Notes under the pieces: generated by a model
Database searches by the model: none
Told to the model about the DNA's origin: nothing
The model's input: the letters and a program-made list of their open reading frames with translations, nothing else
Part shown: piece after piece, positions 9,201 through 18,539 of the stretch
Layout: the number at the start of each line of letters is the position of its first letter
Numbering within the stretch: the stretch's first letter is position 1
NCBI GenBank assembly: GCA_016196885.1
Contig: JACPWU010000050.1
Coordinates: forward strand, 1 to 32,000
Source: Chlamydiota bacterium
Lineage (GTDB): Bacteria > Auribacterota > JACPWU01
Direction: 5' to 3'
Length of the DNA: 32,000 nucleotides
Position numbers and translations under genes: made by a program

Positions 9201-10525
9201 GAAGGGGTATTTTTCGGAAAGACTTTAATATCCTTAGACGAGGTTTTTGAAAGACGCACCTCTTTATAATCTTCAAAGTGATATTTCTCCACCACATCTT
9301 GAACCACTTCTAAAGAAAGATCACAAAGGGTTTGAGGAATTTCTTTCATCGAACCTTGAGAAATTTTGAAATCGAAAAAGAAAGAAGGGGTGTGCTCTTT
9401 CTCACCCCCGTCGGTCAAATAATGACCTTTCACAGATTCTACCTTATAACCTAACGCGATCTTTTGAGAGGCCTCAGCTGGCTTCTTCTCTTTTTGCTTA
9501 CTGTTCGGCTCCATTTCCCGAGCTTTGCGGACAATGCGTTGTGCCATCTGGCTGACCAGAAATTGAGGAAGTGTAATGTCTTCCAACAGAAAATCCTGTT
9601 TGCTCCAAGTTTCAACATTCTGAAAAGCTCGATATTCGTCTGGAAAAGATTTTTTCTTAAGGGTCCCATCCTCATCCTTATAATCCAAGGGGATGATCTG
9701 ACGTATCTCCGGTAAATAATTTGAAGCTCCGATTACAAACAAATAATCATAAACAAAATCCGACGGAAAAGTAAAATCTTCTGGTTTATAACCTAATTTG
9801 GCTTCATAAGTTTCCCTCACCCGGCAATACACAAGAGCCCTCTCTTCAGGAATAGGTTTGGTCTTAATTTCTAAAATTTCAAAATGCACATTTTCTTTCA
9901 ATTTCATTTCTAAAATGGTTCTCAAGAAAGCCAGTGAAAATTCAGTGGAGTCTGAATTTTTTCTCAAATAATTGGCCAAGAGGGTTCGGCTGTTTCCCTT
10001 GGAAAGATTGGAGAAAAAATTGAGGACGGTTCTTTCAGCCAAAAGGGAAGGATTAAATCTTACATCTATTATCAGTCTCTGAAAAAAATCTTCCCGCGAA
10101 ACATTTCCGACGAGATATCTCTTCACATCATCTACATACCGAACAAAAACGGCCTCCACGCCTGGAATGGTTTTATCAGAAGCGACCACGGCAAAAAACT
10201 GCAGAGGCGCATCTGTGGAAAGGCTGATGCGGGTCACACCCAAAAGAAGGTCCCCAATATGTTCCGTCGCATCTTTGGTCAACCCTTGTTCTCGATCGAA
10301 AATATTTTCAAGAACAATATGAGCCCCCAAATTACGACCTACGATTTTTGCCTCGACATCAATCTTATACTCGTCCTGACACATCTTCTTGACAGAATCA
10401 AGAACCTTGCCTTCAGGAAAAGAGGGTTTGCCGCACCCTGAAAGGAGGAATAGACTCAAGAGGGAAAAGAGAGAAAGGACGACTGCGGAGAGGCGGTTTT
10501 GAAAATCCGAAAAAAAATTTACCAC
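9197..10525 (-). CDS. Putative lipoprotein, unknown function
   Basis: 442 aa ORF. N-terminal signal peptide with lipobox LLSGC (SLFLLSGCGKPSF). Confidence 0.75.
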   Translation of the reverse strand: MVNFFSDFQNRLSAVVLSLFSLLSLFLLSGCGKPSFPEGKVLDSVKKMCQDEYKIDVEAKIVGRNLGAHIVLENIFDREQGLTKDATEHIGDLLLGVTRISLSTDAPLQFFAVVASDKTIPGVEAVFVRYVDDVKRYLVGNVSREDFFQRLIIDVRFNPSLLAERTVLNFFSNLSKGNSRTLLANYLRKNSDSTEFSLAFLRTILEMKLKENVHFEILEIKTKPIPEERALVYCRVRETYEAKLGYKPEDFTFPSDFVYDYLFVIGASNYLPEIRQIIPLDYKDEDGTLKKKSFPDEYRAFQNVETWSKQDFLLEDITLPQFLVSQMAQRIVRKAREMEPNSKQKEKKPAEASQKIALGYKVESVKGHYLTDGGEKEHTPSFFFDFKISQGSMKEIPQTLCDLSLEVVQDVVEKYHFEDYKEVRLSKTSSKDIKVFPKNTPS

Positions 10526-10537
10526 AATAACATCACC

Positions 10538-12196
10538 TCAAACCTTCTTGGAATACTTCTCTCGGGCTGCAATCCCATGATCTTTCTCATATTCTTTAAA
10601 GATCGCCTCGATTTCATCATATTCCAATTCTTCCTTTGCTAAAAGCTCATTGGCAAAACGATCTAAAAGCGCTGCTTCACTTTTGAGCAATTCCTCCACT
10701 TCTTTCAAGCATTCATCCAAAATATCTTTGGTGTCACCGTTGAGCTCATGTTTCACTTGCTCTGAAAGCTGAGTTTCTGGAATCAGGGTATAATCCCCCA
10801 CATACCCTTTATTTCCCATTCCATACTTCCAAACCATATCATGGGCAACCGCCATGGCATGACGAAAATCAGAGGCCACCCCATTGGAGGTCACTCCAAA
10901 TTTAATTTTTTCACCCATATAACCGCCCAAGGCGACCTTAATGTCCGCCATAAAGCGATCCCGCCCATGCGTGTAAAAATCCTCACGCGGCTGATGATAG
11001 ACCACCCCTAATGTAGATTGGCGACTCGCAATGGAAGCCTTAAAAACATCGTCCGTCGGATGAAGAATGTACAGAACAATCAAATGACCTGTTTCATGAT
11101 AAGCCGTTTCACGACGTTCCTTATCCGACATTTCTCGTTTAATCTTCATCCCCAAATCAATTCTTTCAATGGCCGCTGATAAATCTTTATAGGTCACAAC
11201 ATCCCGTTTGTTTCGTGTGGCAATAAGCGCCGCCTCTTTAATCACACTTTCAATTTCGGCCGGGCTCTTCTCCACTGATTTTCGGGCCAGGTGTCCCACG
11301 TCAATCGTAGGATCATGCTTCACCTTGTCCAAATAAAATTTAAAGAGCTTTTCCCTGCCGGAAAGACCTGGCTTGGCAATATAAATTTTTCGGTCGAAAC
11401 GGCCTGGCCTTAAGAGGGCCTGATCCATGATATTTTCAATGGCGTTGGTGGCCCCCATGACCACGATGCTACCTGCCCCTTCTAAACCATCCATTTCGAC
11501 CAGCAATTGATTCAAGGTGCTGTCCGTTTCAAGACCTCCGCCAAAAGAACCGAAGGATCTTCTTCGGCCAATGGCATCTAATTCATCAATAAAAATAATG
11601 CATCCGCCATGGGCATAGGACAATTTACGGGCCTTGCCAAAAAGCTGTCTCACTCGACTGGCACCCACCCCGACAAAAACTTCCACAAACTCGCTTCCTG
11701 AGATGGAAAGAAAGGGAAGAGCCGCCTCTGTCGCAATCGCCTTGGCGAGAAGAGTTTTACCGCATCCGGGAGGTCCAATCAGCAAAATCCCTCTTAAGAT
11801 TCTGCCCCCGATTTGCTTTAGCTTGGTTCTGTCCTTAATCAACTGTACGACTTCCCAAGCCTCATCTTTGGCCTCATCAATTCCAATCACTTGGTCAAAG
11901 TGAATATTGACCTCATCGGCCTTGACCTTGCTTTTCTTCATTTTAGAAAAGCCACCTCTAAAAACCGCCATGTAAAGGTATACAAAAATGACCGCGTTCA
12001 AGGCCACCATCAGAAGCTGAATCGGCATGGTCGCCAATGTCATATTTCGATAGAAGGACTCTAGTGACCTTAAACCCCAGATGGACAAGATGATAAGGAG
12101 AACGGTGAGAAAGGTGACCAAGATCGGCACCCAATAGTTCATCATGAATATCTTTAATTTTCGATGGATTTTCATAGGATGTATATAACCTAACAT
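10538..12196 (-). CDS. ftsH: FtsH-family AAA+ zinc metalloprotease paralog with a short extracytoplasmic loop
   Basis: Two N-terminal TM segments. Walker A GPPGCGKT, Walker B IIFIDELD, second region of homology ATNAIENIMDQALLRPGRFD, and the M41 zinc motif HETGH. Confidence 0.88.
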   Translation of the reverse strand: MLGYIHPMKIHRKLKIFMMNYWVPILVTFLTVLLIILSIWGLRSLESFYRNMTLATMPIQLLMVALNAVIFVYLYMAVFRGGFSKMKKSKVKADEVNIHFDQVIGIDEAKDEAWEVVQLIKDRTKLKQIGGRILRGILLIGPPGCGKTLLAKAIATEAALPFLSISGSEFVEVFVGVGASRVRQLFGKARKLSYAHGGCIIFIDELDAIGRRRSFGSFGGGLETDSTLNQLLVEMDGLEGAGSIVVMGATNAIENIMDQALLRPGRFDRKIYIAKPGLSGREKLFKFYLDKVKHDPTIDVGHLARKSVEKSPAEIESVIKEAALIATRNKRDVVTYKDLSAAIERIDLGMKIKREMSDKERRETAYHETGHLIVLYILHPTDDVFKASIASRQSTLGVVYHQPREDFYTHGRDRFMADIKVALGGYMGEKIKFGVTSNGVASDFRHAMAVAHDMVWKYGMGNKGYVGDYTLIPETQLSEQVKHELNGDTKDILDECLKEVEELLKSEAALLDRFANELLAKEELEYDEIEAIFKEYEKDHGIAAREKYSKKV

Positions 12197-12321
12197 TTAA
12201 AGATGAAGAGCGTCAAGTAAATCAGCCAATTAACCTCTTCTTAGCCAACATTTATCGACTAAAATTTATTCCCGTAAAAAACTGAAAGGGCCCCCGATGT
12301 ACACCGGAGGCCCCCCTTTTA

Positions 12322-12547
12322 CAAGTCAGCTCATTAAGTTTTATCCACTCAATTCTGACAGTACTAATCCCACAGGGACTATAAAAACATGGGATAAGAA
12401 GTCTCAACGAAATAGTACCGATCCTTAAAGAAGAATAATCAAAAGGTACAACGAAATAGTACCTCTCATTAAAAAAGATTAATAAAAAGGTACAAAACTG
12501 CATCGTTAAAGAGATGACCCATGTATGGTGGAATATGGCCTCCTTAG
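12322..12547 (-). mobile_element. Non-autonomous (MITE-like) element, copy 1, 226 bp, flanked by TA on both sides
   Basis: Reverse complement is nearly identical to 28433-28614 except for one extra 44 bp internal module. TA at 12320-12321 and 12548-12549. Lies in the intergenic gap between the 12573 gene and ftsH. Confidence 0.75.
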
Positions 12548-12572
12548 TAAGTCAAATTGCTGGATCAAAAAA

Positions 12573-14522
12573 TTACTTTTTCTTCAAATCCTCCATTTGG
12601 ACATACATCGTCTCTTTAATGCCGTGGTTTTCATTAACCGCCTCTACCGCAATAGATTTAAAAACACGCAGAGACTCCAAAAAAGGAATCACATTTTCTT
12701 GAATGATTTGATCTGTTTGAGCTCCTGCCTCTCCTCGACCCTTCTGTAAGTTATTTGCCCAATTTGTAATATCAATCACCACCTGAAGGGTCTTTTCCAT
12801 ATTTAAAAAAGCGACTTGATTGACCTTGGGACTGAAATCGGCAGTGGTGGACCTAAAAGCTGAATCTTCAGTCACGGCCTTAGAAGTTCCCTTGCTTACA
12901 TCAATGACATGCTTAACGCTGTCTTTGTTGATGCCAATCACCAAGAAATTATTCACCAAGGCATAAGAAGGATTCAAAGTCTGATAAGGAAGTTGAACCT
13001 CCAAAAAGTGGATGTTCACCCCATTGTATTCTTCCTCACTGACCTTGATTTGCCCTAACAAAGAAGGAGAAGGAGTAGGTTGAGGGGAGGAAAGAAGGGC
13101 TGTGTCTCCCTCTGTATTTTCAGAGAGCCCAGCCGTTTGGCCTGCTGGAGCGCTCACTCCTTCTGGAGCTGACTTATGAACCGCATAATCCGCTATTTTC
13201 TGCATCCCCTCCAAGGCCTTCCCACCATCCTTCACCTTTGCCAAGAAAACCAGATGAGGAAACGGGAAAAGCCCGCTCATGTCCACGTTGGTAATCGAGA
13301 AACAAACCTCGTCGTCCAACCAGCTCAAAATATCTTGTTTAATTTGAACACCCGAATCCTTTTCAAAGCTCGCGAGTCCATCCAAAATAGCCTTGGCTTG
13401 ATCGGCATTTTGAGTTTCAAGATTCTTCTGCCAAACATCCCAAATCTTCATGAAGTCAATGGAATTAGAAACCGTCAGGAGAAGACTGTCCTCCGGTAAA
13501 TATTTGAGAGACTGCGTTTCCTTGGGTAAGGAGTCCCAACCCGTGAGAAGCTGACCCTGAGGTGAAGCCGCCGCAACCTCTTGATTCTTCACAAAGAAAA
13601 GCTTGACCAACATCCCCCGATCAAAGCCAACAGCTGCTGCAACCGACTTGATCGTTCCCAAGGTTTGCTCCAGACCCTCGGTAAAACCCTTGGGGGTACC
13701 TTCTGGAGCCGGCATTGCCTTAATGAGATCTACAATCTTTGACATGTTGACAAAGATAATTCCGCGAAGATCTCCGCGAATCTTGAGAGCTCCGACCGCA
13801 TCTTTATATTGGGTGCTACTTCCCAATGCTTCCATTGACTTCTTAGAAACCAAATCCGCCACTTTACGAATCCCTGTATCATCTACACCAATGGTTAGAG
13901 CAAAGATATCTCCAATGATGGCATAATTAAACTCAGGTCCCGGCACATTAGGATTTCTAAGCCGAGAAATTTTCTGACCATTGTATTCAACCTCTTCCAC
14001 GGTCACAGTGGGCTTAACTTTTTCAACCAACGCACTCATCTTACCCTGAATGTCCACTTTAGGATCCGTCTTGGCCATCAACAAAAGTTGAGGATTGGCC
14101 AGACCTTCTTTGCTCCCCAAAAGAGCAATGCTCAAGTCCTGGCCAAAAAGACCCAAAACATTCTCTTCTGTCAAATCAAAACCCATATTGGTTTTGAACT
14201 GATCTTTAAAATTTTTGAGTCCCATTCCCAACTGAGCAGATTCCCATATTTTCAAAGAAGAGGCCTGCTGCCAAAAATTCGAATTTTTGATCAAATCCCA
14301 TGTGGAACGAGTGTTTCGAGCAGAGAGAAAAACCACCACATCGCTCGGAACCACATCTGCAATGGCCACACCTGAATAAGAAGAAAGCGCTTCTGTAACA
14401 GGTCGTTCAACACCCGAAGGACCCTCGACACCGGCCGTTCTCGACTTAACTACTTTGAGAGCAACAAAAGCACCCACCGCGACAACAGCAACAATAACAA
14501 TTCCTAAAATACCTTTTTTCAT
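12573..14522 (-). CDS. Membrane-anchored or secreted hypothetical protein (about 649 aa from the preferred start)
   Basis: Long ORF. I prefer the ATG at 14522 (MKKGILGIVIVAVVAVGAFVALKVV), which is preceded by AAGGAG, over the listed 14570 start. Confidence 0.75.
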   Translation of the reverse strand: MKKGILGIVIVAVVAVGAFVALKVVKSRTAGVEGPSGVERPVTEALSSYSGVAIADVVPSDVVVFLSARNTRSTWDLIKNSNFWQQASSLKIWESAQLGMGLKNFKDQFKTNMGFDLTEENVLGLFGQDLSIALLGSKEGLANPQLLLMAKTDPKVDIQGKMSALVEKVKPTVTVEEVEYNGQKISRLRNPNVPGPEFNYAIIGDIFALTIGVDDTGIRKVADLVSKKSMEALGSSTQYKDAVGALKIRGDLRGIIFVNMSKIVDLIKAMPAPEGTPKGFTEGLEQTLGTIKSVAAAVGFDRGMLVKLFFVKNQEVAAASPQGQLLTGWDSLPKETQSLKYLPEDSLLLTVSNSIDFMKIWDVWQKNLETQNADQAKAILDGLASFEKDSGVQIKQDILSWLDDEVCFSITNVDMSGLFPFPHLVFLAKVKDGGKALEGMQKIADYAVHKSAPEGVSAPAGQTAGLSENTEGDTALLSSPQPTPSPSLLGQIKVSEEEYNGVNIHFLEVQLPYQTLNPSYALVNNFLVIGINKDSVKHVIDVSKGTSKAVTEDSAFRSTTADFSPKVNQVAFLNMEKTLQVVIDITNWANNLQKGRGEAGAQTDQIIQENVIPFLESLRVFKSIAVEAVNENHGIKETMYVQMEDLKKK

Positions 14523-14757
14523 TCCTGATTCTCCTTTATTGATGGACACGGTAAGAAGATTGAACGACACGATGGTCCGTTCGAACCCAATGTGTTAGGC
14601 ATGTTCGACATTTGTCTCTTAAGGAAATGAGTTAAAGTTGAAAACCCCGGCAATTAGTTAGCACCTGGCAGTATATGACAAAGGGCCTAGAATAAGCAAG
14701 CTTTTTTATATAATAAACATTTTTGAACACGCTTGTCCGTCACTCTTGATAACCCCC

Positions 14758-16524
14758 CTATTCTCTACCCTTATTCAAATGTAATTCTTTTAATTGCCGC
14801 TCAGACACCTCTGATGGTGATTCGGTCATGAGACAAGACGAGCTTTGTGTTTTTGGAAATGCAATTGTATCACGAATGGATTTCAATCCCAAAAGCAACA
14901 TGGTCAGGCGGTCAAGACCCAAGGCAATCCCTCCATGAGGGGGAGCCCCATGTTTGAAGGCCTCCAATAAAAAACCGAATTTCACTTGCGCATCTTGATC
15001 ATTAATACCCAATAAGTTAAACATTCTCTTTTGAAGGTCTTGCGAATGAATTCGGATGCTCCCTCCTCCAGCCTCTGTCCCATTGATCACCAAATCGTAG
15101 GCCTTGGCTCTGGCTTTGAGAGGTTCTTTGTCCAAGAGCGCAATGTCCTCCTTTTTAGGACTGGTAAAGGGATGATGAACCGCAACGAATTTCTTTTCTT
15201 CTTCGCTGTATTCTAAGAGAGGGAAATCCACCACCCAAAGAAGCGCAAAATCTGTTTTGGGCTTTATCCCCAATTTCTCAACCACTTTCAAACGTAAAGG
15301 TCCCAAGGTTGAATGAACCACCTCTTTTTTATCTGCTACAAATAAAATTAAATCTTCGGGTTCGGCCTTCATTTGATTTTTTAATTCAGCCAAATTTGTG
15401 GTGAGAAAAAACTTCACAATCGGAGATTTCCATTCTCCCGATTCTTCATATTTCATCCAAGCCAAACCCTTCGCTCCCAAGCTTTTTACAAATTCAGTTA
15501 AGTCTTCTATATCCTTCAGGGAAAAAGAAGCTCCTTTTTTGGCATTGATCGCCTTAACCTTTCCACCCTTCTCAGCCGTCTCACGAAAAATCTTAAATTC
15601 GACTGTTTTGGCCCAGTTTGTTAAATCCACCAGCTTAAAGTCATATCTCAAATCTGGTTTATCAGAACCGAATCTCGACGTGGCTTCTTCATAAGTCAAA
15701 CGCGGAAGAGGCATTTTTAACTCGAGGTTTAAAACGCCTTTAAAAACCTCAGAGAGAAGTCCCTCTATCAATTTAAAGACATCCTCTTCATCTATAAAGG
15801 ACATTTCAATATCGATTTGCGTATGCTCTGGCTGACGATCGGCTCGTAAATCTTCGTCGCGGAAGCATCTCGTCAATTGGTAATAGCGATCATAACCTGA
15901 CACCATCAGCAATTGTTTAAAGAGCTGAGGTGATTGAGGAAGGGCAAAGAATTTTCCAGGGAAAATTCGACTGGGCACCAGATAATCCCGAGCCCCTTCT
16001 GGCGTGCTCTTGGTCAACATGGGTGTTTCTACTTCTAGAAAATTCTGTTTATCCAAATAATCTCGCGCAATTTTGGAAATCCGGTAGCGGTTTAAGAGAT
16101 TGCGCTGCATGAAAGGCCGTCTCAAATCCAAATAACGATACTTCAAGCGAATGTCCTCTGAGACCTCAACTTCATCTTGAATTTCAAAAGGAGGCGTTTG
16201 AGAGGGATTCAAAATTTCAAGCACTTCGGCAGAAACTTCTATTTCCCCTGTAGGCAACTTTGAATTGGTGGTTCCGGAAGGTCTTTCGGAAACTTGACCT
16301 TTAATGGAAATAACAAACTCGGGACGAAGGTCTTTCGAAACCTCATAAGCTTGAGGATGGACCTTGGGATTAAAAACGACTTGAGTGACTCCATAACGAT
16401 CTCTCAGATCAATAAAAACAAGACCGCCATGGTCTCTGCGGCTTCCCACCCAACCGCATAATGCGATCGTCTCACCCACATTATTTTTTCGTAACTCTCC
16501 ACAGGTATGCGTTCTCAGCGACAT
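14758..16524 (-). CDS. aspS: Aspartyl-tRNA synthetase
   Basis: MSLRTHTCGELR N-terminus, class II motifs (FRDEDLRADRQPEHTQID, GGGSIRIH, GLDRL). The start at 16524 is preceded by GGGGAG. The 13-codon upstream extension in the ORF track lies in a repeat. Confidence 0.95.
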   Translation of the reverse strand: MSLRTHTCGELRKNNVGETIALCGWVGSRRDHGGLVFIDLRDRYGVTQVVFNPKVHPQAYEVSKDLRPEFVISIKGQVSERPSGTTNSKLPTGEIEVSAEVLEILNPSQTPPFEIQDEVEVSEDIRLKYRYLDLRRPFMQRNLLNRYRISKIARDYLDKQNFLEVETPMLTKSTPEGARDYLVPSRIFPGKFFALPQSPQLFKQLLMVSGYDRYYQLTRCFRDEDLRADRQPEHTQIDIEMSFIDEEDVFKLIEGLLSEVFKGVLNLELKMPLPRLTYEEATSRFGSDKPDLRYDFKLVDLTNWAKTVEFKIFRETAEKGGKVKAINAKKGASFSLKDIEDLTEFVKSLGAKGLAWMKYEESGEWKSPIVKFFLTTNLAELKNQMKAEPEDLILFVADKKEVVHSTLGPLRLKVVEKLGIKPKTDFALLWVVDFPLLEYSEEEKKFVAVHHPFTSPKKEDIALLDKEPLKARAKAYDLVINGTEAGGGSIRIHSQDLQKRMFNLLGINDQDAQVKFGFLLEAFKHGAPPHGGIALGLDRLTMLLLGLKSIRDTIAFPKTQSSSCLMTESPSEVSERQLKELHLNKGRE

Positions 16525-16611
16525 GAATATCTCCCCAAAAGAATGAAAATCTAACCCCTCCAACCCCCCTTAAATTAAGGGGAGAGTCAAAAACTCACCT
16601 CACTCAAAAGA

Positions 16612-16652
16612 GAGAGTTCTCCCCTCTTATTTAAGAGGGGTTGGGGGAGTTA
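16612..16652. repeat. 41 bp repeat containing the palindrome cccctcttatttaagagggg, copy A
   Basis: gagagttctcccctcttatttaagaggggttgggggagtta matches 18025-18064 with a few substitutions plus a one-base length difference (41 versus 40 bp). It overlaps the hisS stop and its last 9 codons. Confidence 0.8.
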
Positions 16653-17934
16653 ATTCATTTGTTTTTGATAACTGGTTTTTTATTTGGCTTAAAATAATTT
16701 CAACAACGTGCTCTGCGCTTACTTCTTCTTCCATACCGGAAACCATATTTTTCAATTTCACCACTTTGCGAGCGATTTCATCTTCTCCCCGGATCAGAAC
16801 ATATTTAACTCCCAATTTGTTGGCACGTCGAAATTGGGACTTAAAGCTTTTGGCTTCATAATCTATTTCAGAGAGAATACTCAATTTTCTCAATTCTTTC
16901 TGCAAAAGAAAATTGAGTTGAAAGGCCTGTTCACCTAAACTCGCTAAAAAAAGAAAAGGTCGAACGGGCAAAATTTTTCCCTCGAGTTCGTTTTGCAAGG
17001 CCAAAAGCATTCGTTCCATTCCCATTCCAAAACCTACGGCACAGACGGAAGGCCCACCCAAGGACTCGACCAAATGATCGTAGCGCCCGCCTGCTGCAAT
17101 TGCGTCTTGAGCCCCTAAATTTGCATGAGTTACTTCAAAAATGGTTCGCGTGTAGTAATCCAGACCTCTAACCAATTTGGGAGCCAATGTAAAAGAAACA
17201 CCCAATTCAGCCAAAAGCAACTCCACCTGGTCAAAATGATTTCGGCAATCCTGACAAATCACATCGGGCAACAGAGGAATATTTTCAAGCGCTGCCTGAC
17301 AAATTTCATTTTTGCAATCAAGCACCCGAAGTACATTTTTTTCAAACCGACGCTGACAATTTCCGCAAAGCGCATGGACCTTGGACTTCAGAGACTCCTT
17401 CAAAAGCTCTCCATATTTGGGCTTGCAGACACGACAACCCACACTGTTGACCTTGAAATGGGCTCCCGAAAGACCCATTTCACTCAAGAAACTGGATAAA
17501 AGATCTATCACCTCTACATCTAGCGAGGGATGCCCAGAACCCAAGACTTCAACCCCAATTTGATGAAACTGACGCAACCTCCCTTTTTGAGGCCTTTCAT
17601 GACGAAACATGGGGCCTATGTAAAACAATTTTTGAACACGATCCTCATGGGCAAGGTTATGTTGCAAAAAACTTCTCACCACAGGGGCAGTCGCTTCAGG
17701 TCTTAAAGTAATGCCCATTCCCCCTTCTTCGGGAATAGTGTACATTTGCTTTTCAACAATGTCCGTGGTCTCTCCCACCGATCGAATAAAAAGCTCTGTC
17801 TCTTCAAAGATGGGCGTTCTGATTTCCTCATACCCATAGCGACCAAAAACGCTTCTCGCTTTTTCTTCCAGGAAGCGCCACCTCATGACTTCTTGAGGCA
17901 AAATATCGTTGGTCCCTCGAACGGCTTGGATCAT
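16627..17934 (-). CDS. hisS: Histidyl-tRNA synthetase
   Basis: MIQAVRGTNDILP start, FRHERPQKGRLRQFHQ motif 2, GGRYD and the C-terminal anticodon-binding region. Confidence 0.95.
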   Translation of the reverse strand: MIQAVRGTNDILPQEVMRWRFLEEKARSVFGRYGYEEIRTPIFEETELFIRSVGETTDIVEKQMYTIPEEGGMGITLRPEATAPVVRSFLQHNLAHEDRVQKLFYIGPMFRHERPQKGRLRQFHQIGVEVLGSGHPSLDVEVIDLLSSFLSEMGLSGAHFKVNSVGCRVCKPKYGELLKESLKSKVHALCGNCQRRFEKNVLRVLDCKNEICQAALENIPLLPDVICQDCRNHFDQVELLLAELGVSFTLAPKLVRGLDYYTRTIFEVTHANLGAQDAIAAGGRYDHLVESLGGPSVCAVGFGMGMERMLLALQNELEGKILPVRPFLFLASLGEQAFQLNFLLQKELRKLSILSEIDYEAKSFKSQFRRANKLGVKYVLIRGEDEIARKVVKLKNMVSGMEEEVSAEHVVEIILSQIKNQLSKTNELTPPTPLK

Positions 17935-18024
17935 AAAGAACCCATTTAACCCCTCCAGCTCCCCTCAAGATTTTCTAGTCCCCGTGGGATTAAACTAAAG
18001 GGGAGGGAAAACCCCTTTCATAGT

Positions 18025-18064
18025 GAGAGTCCCCCCTCTTATTTAAGAGGGATTGGGGGAGTTA
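18025..18064. repeat. Palindrome-containing repeat, copy B
   Basis: gagagtcccccctcttatttaagagggattgggggagtta, same orientation as copy A, about 90 nt upstream of the hisS start. Confidence 0.8.
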
Positions 18065-18163
18065 TTTCCTATAATTTTTTCCGTTTATTTTTTCCTTTAA
18101 AAACAAAATCCCATTCTATGCACTTCAAATACTTTACGCAAGACGATAAGAACATAACTTTTT

Positions 18164-18212
18164 AAAAAAAGGGTCCAGTAACCAGGGTCCAGGCTCCCCG
18201 ATCACTGGACCC
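18164..18212 (-). terminator. Rho-independent terminator of the ATPase/STAS module
   Basis: 9 bp stem gggtccagt / actggaccc (18171-18179, 18204-18212). On the minus strand it is followed by a run of seven T (A-run 18164-18170). It lies 13 nt after the stop at 18225. Confidence 0.7.
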
Positions 18213-18224
18213 TGATCTCTTTCC

Positions 18225-18539
18225 TCAATCTTCCTGTGTTTCAATTCCCATGCCCTCCTGCATATAGTCCACAACAATCCCAATAATTTTTTTAACTGTT
18301 TCATTGCAAGATTTAAAAAGAATATGTTCCAATGCATGGTCAATTCCATATTTACGCAGTATATCGCTAATAAGCGCATGAACAAAAGATTGAGTTGCTG
18401 CCTCTACGCCCTCAAAATCAAGAGTGATTTCCTCATTGCAAGTCAATGCAGGAATAATTTCATTGATTCGGATGTCTCTTGCAATATCCTTATTCTCGGC
18501 AAAAGTTCCAGCCTTATTAAAAATAGAAATGCTTTTCAT
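18225..18539 (-). CDS. DUF4325 / STAS-like domain protein, 104 aa
   Basis: The segment ITLDFEGVEAATQSFVHALISDIL matches my memory of the DUF4325 (STAS-like) signature (LDF.GV....SF..E). Its start overlaps the upstream gene stop by 4 nt (ATGA). Confidence 0.75.
   Translation of the reverse strand: MKSISIFNKAGTFAENKDIARDIRINEIIPALTCNEEITLDFEGVEAATQSFVHALISDILRKYGIDHALEHILFKSCNETVKKIIGIVVDYMQEGMGIETQED

Noticed and set aside
12400-12500. Tandem 44 bp modules, as a possible mini CRISPR array
   Set aside because: There are only two units and they are directly abutting without spacers. The same region recurs as part of a mobile element, and no cas genes are present.
12252-12503. 83 aa minus-strand ORF
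   Set aside because: It runs through the MITE-like element. The second copy of the element does not preserve this reading frame because of the 44 bp module difference.
14579-14585. GTTCGAA (tRNA T-loop-like motif)
   Set aside because: The flanking bases do not form a T-stem, and no acceptor or anticodon arms could be drawn.
16525-16563. 13-codon N-terminal extension of aspS in the ORF track
   Set aside because: AspRS proteins typically begin at M-x-RTH-x-CGELR. The internal ATG has a GGGGAG RBS, and the extension adjoins a palindromic repeat.
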